In this document: in pieces, positions 61,887 through 64,000 of the stretch
Numbering within the stretch: position 1 is the first letter of the stretch
Layout of the letters: each line of letters begins with the position of its first letter
Assembly: GCA_028534125.1 (NCBI GenBank)
Contig: CM052816.1
Coordinates: 34,598,001 to 34,662,000 of the forward strand
Length of the DNA stretch: 64,000 bases
Source: Lama glama
Lineage: Eukaryota
Reading direction: 5' to 3'
Program-made: the position numbers and the translations under genes
The notes under the pieces: model-generated
What the model was told of the DNA's origin: nothing
Database searches by the model: none
What the model saw: the letters and a program-made list of their open reading frames with translations, nothing else

Positions 61887-64000
61887 AACTATTTCCCATC
61901 CCACTCACTCTACTGTTACATACTTAACAGCTGGAATTACTATTCCTTACAAATTCTAAAGGATTTTAAAACTAGGAGTGTGTTTTCAACACTAGGAGAG
62001 TAGCATCAAAGTTGGGAAACTGTAAGGTAGTTTAGGTTTTTGCCCAGAGTGACAGAAGTGAGGGCAGGGGAATCCGGCAACCCTACGAAGCATGTCTGTG
62101 GAACTCTACCAGATGGAAGAAATGCTGGAGCACTTCTGGAGGCTGCTAAAGACCTAGAAGTTCACCCCCACTGCAGGACAGGGACAACTTAAGTTAAGTC
62201 TGATTTCTCCATAGCTTAGCTTTGTTCCTTCAGGCCCATTTTCTCATGTAGATCCTTACGTGAGATATGTAACATGGTGATCCATGAATATGGGTCAGTG
62301 GATCACAGTGGTCTGCATTTTGCTGAGACTATATCCCTAAAATTGTTAAAGGATGGTTTGGATAGAGAGCAGGAGCTAAGTTCAGGGGGCGAGAAACTTG
62401 CTGGGAGAGAATGTAAACAGAAAACAGAGTGGGGAAAACACCACAGCTTCGTGAATCTTGCATCATAATTTTACCTGGGGCTGGTGAAATATGCACATTT
62501 TGAGCTATCAGCAGATAGAAAGTGGTAATGCTAATAAAACCAGGTCAAAAAATAAAGTAAGGTAACTTGGAAGGATTTCTTACCTCCTATCTTTTCTAAT
62601 AACCCTGCAAAAGACATTTGATGGCAAATAAAAGTTCACAGCTGTTATGGCTCCCATAGAGATTAAAGGCTAGTCTGGCAGTACTCTGCAGTACTTAGCA
62701 GCATGTGTGAGATTACTCATGGAAATGCTTCTCATTTTGTGCATTTTATTTATTTTTTATTTTTTTAAACTATGGTATGAGACTGAATTCTTTCTAGATG
62801 CAGAGAAGTGAAGCTCCGGATTGCTTTCCAGTGATAGTACAAAATTTTCTGCCCACTTAAGGAAGGAAAAACTTTGCAAGTGATGTTTGGTACTACATCA
62901 GAGTACCTGAAGACCTGCTTAATTGGAAATTATTTATGTAATGCTTGAAGGTGTTTGATAATCAGAAAATGTTACAAATCCATAATGAGAAACTGGTCAA
63001 GTGAGTTGAGGTGAAAATGTATTTACTTCATTTATTAATGCAGAATGTATAAACAAGACTCAGTACTTTAATACTTTTACTTGATAAATAATGACTGAAA
63101 AAAACCCCAACAATCTGGATATGATTGGATTTCACCCTAGTCACCTCAAGGATGATCCCATGTCTGTAACAGAAACTAAAAAGATGGTGGTGAAGAAAGA
63201 AAAGTTCAGTTTCACTGTGACATTAATGGTCCCAATATTTCAGTACAATAGTTTATCACTATCTGTTTGCCAGTAATATCCACATAATGTTCAACTGGTT
63301 AAATAATACAGCTAATGTGTACAGGCTTTGCTGAAACAATACATTGTAGGAAATTTTGGGTAAACTGATGACTTCTAAAATAATGCCTTGAATAATAAAT
63401 TCATCTGCAAGAAAGTATATGTGAATATACTTCAGTGCATAACCCTGTCCATTTTCTAATTTTTAATTATAGGACTCTCTTTCCTTTTCCGTCTTCCTAT
63501 CATTGGGAATTACAGTTTGACAATATAACAAATGGACATCAGAATTTAGTAGGTACTTCTTTTAGAAGCTAGATTTTTCTCTTCTTCATAGATTTATTGC
63601 TAAACCATCCCCAACTCTTACCCCAAATGACATTGAGTTTCAATACTTAAATAAACTAAGTTCATAATTAAAATTAGAATAAAAACCCCTACACTAAAGA
63701 ATCAGAAACCTACAAAAAATATAGCTCAACAAATTAACTCTAGGTCTATCTTAACTCTTTTCCCAATTTTTGCTTCCTTTAAATTATAAAATCAATATAA
63801 AACCAATATTAAAGAAAAAATTGAAAAACTTTAAAAAAAATTAACTGTCATCTTGGATGCCAACAAAATTATTTTCAACTGTGCATTTGCTACTATATTC
63901 CTCAGTCCGAGGTATATACGTTTCACATAGTTGCAATTAAAACACATACTCAAATTGTATTACTTTGATTATATTCTTCAATGTTTGTTAGTAGTTATTT

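Noticed and set aside
1..64000. tRNA, rRNA, snRNA genes, CRISPR arrays, prokaryotic operons, processed pseudogenes
   Set aside because: None recognised; the sequence is mammalian and the repeats are microsatellites or known interspersed classes. Small ncRNAs could be missed without an Rfam/Infernal search.

Overview
Mammalian (eutherian) genomic DNA, strongly CpG-depleted except for one CpG island (~17.1-19.0 kb). The only protein-coding sequence I can support is the first coding exon of MAN2A1 (Golgi alpha-mannosidase II) on the minus strand (17650-17516, 45 codons, GT donor). Positions 1-17515 are its intron 1; I did not find exon 2 in the window. Positions ~19-64 kb are upstream intergenic DNA, rich in decayed interspersed repeats: L2, MIR, L1, MaLR LTRs, hAT/Tigger fossils, and a nested endogenous retrovirus (ERV) complex at ~19.3-24.5 kb directly next to the promoter. 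That complex contains ERV-L gag/pol, two inserted ERV1-type LTRs, a gamma-type env remnant and a second LTR. I saw no Alu, B1, Bov-tA, PRE or SINEC elements; together with the style of the young L1 3' end this suggests a cetartiodactyl, possibly a camelid (inference). Nearly all ORFs in the track are spurious or repeat-derived. I found no convincing new biological system. The best leads are the ERV complex, a TSD-flanked Tigger1/L1MC chimera, and the AUG-free, in-frame-open MAN2A1 leader. Repeat family names come from memory of consensus sequences, not from a search, and boundaries are approximate unless a TSD is given.
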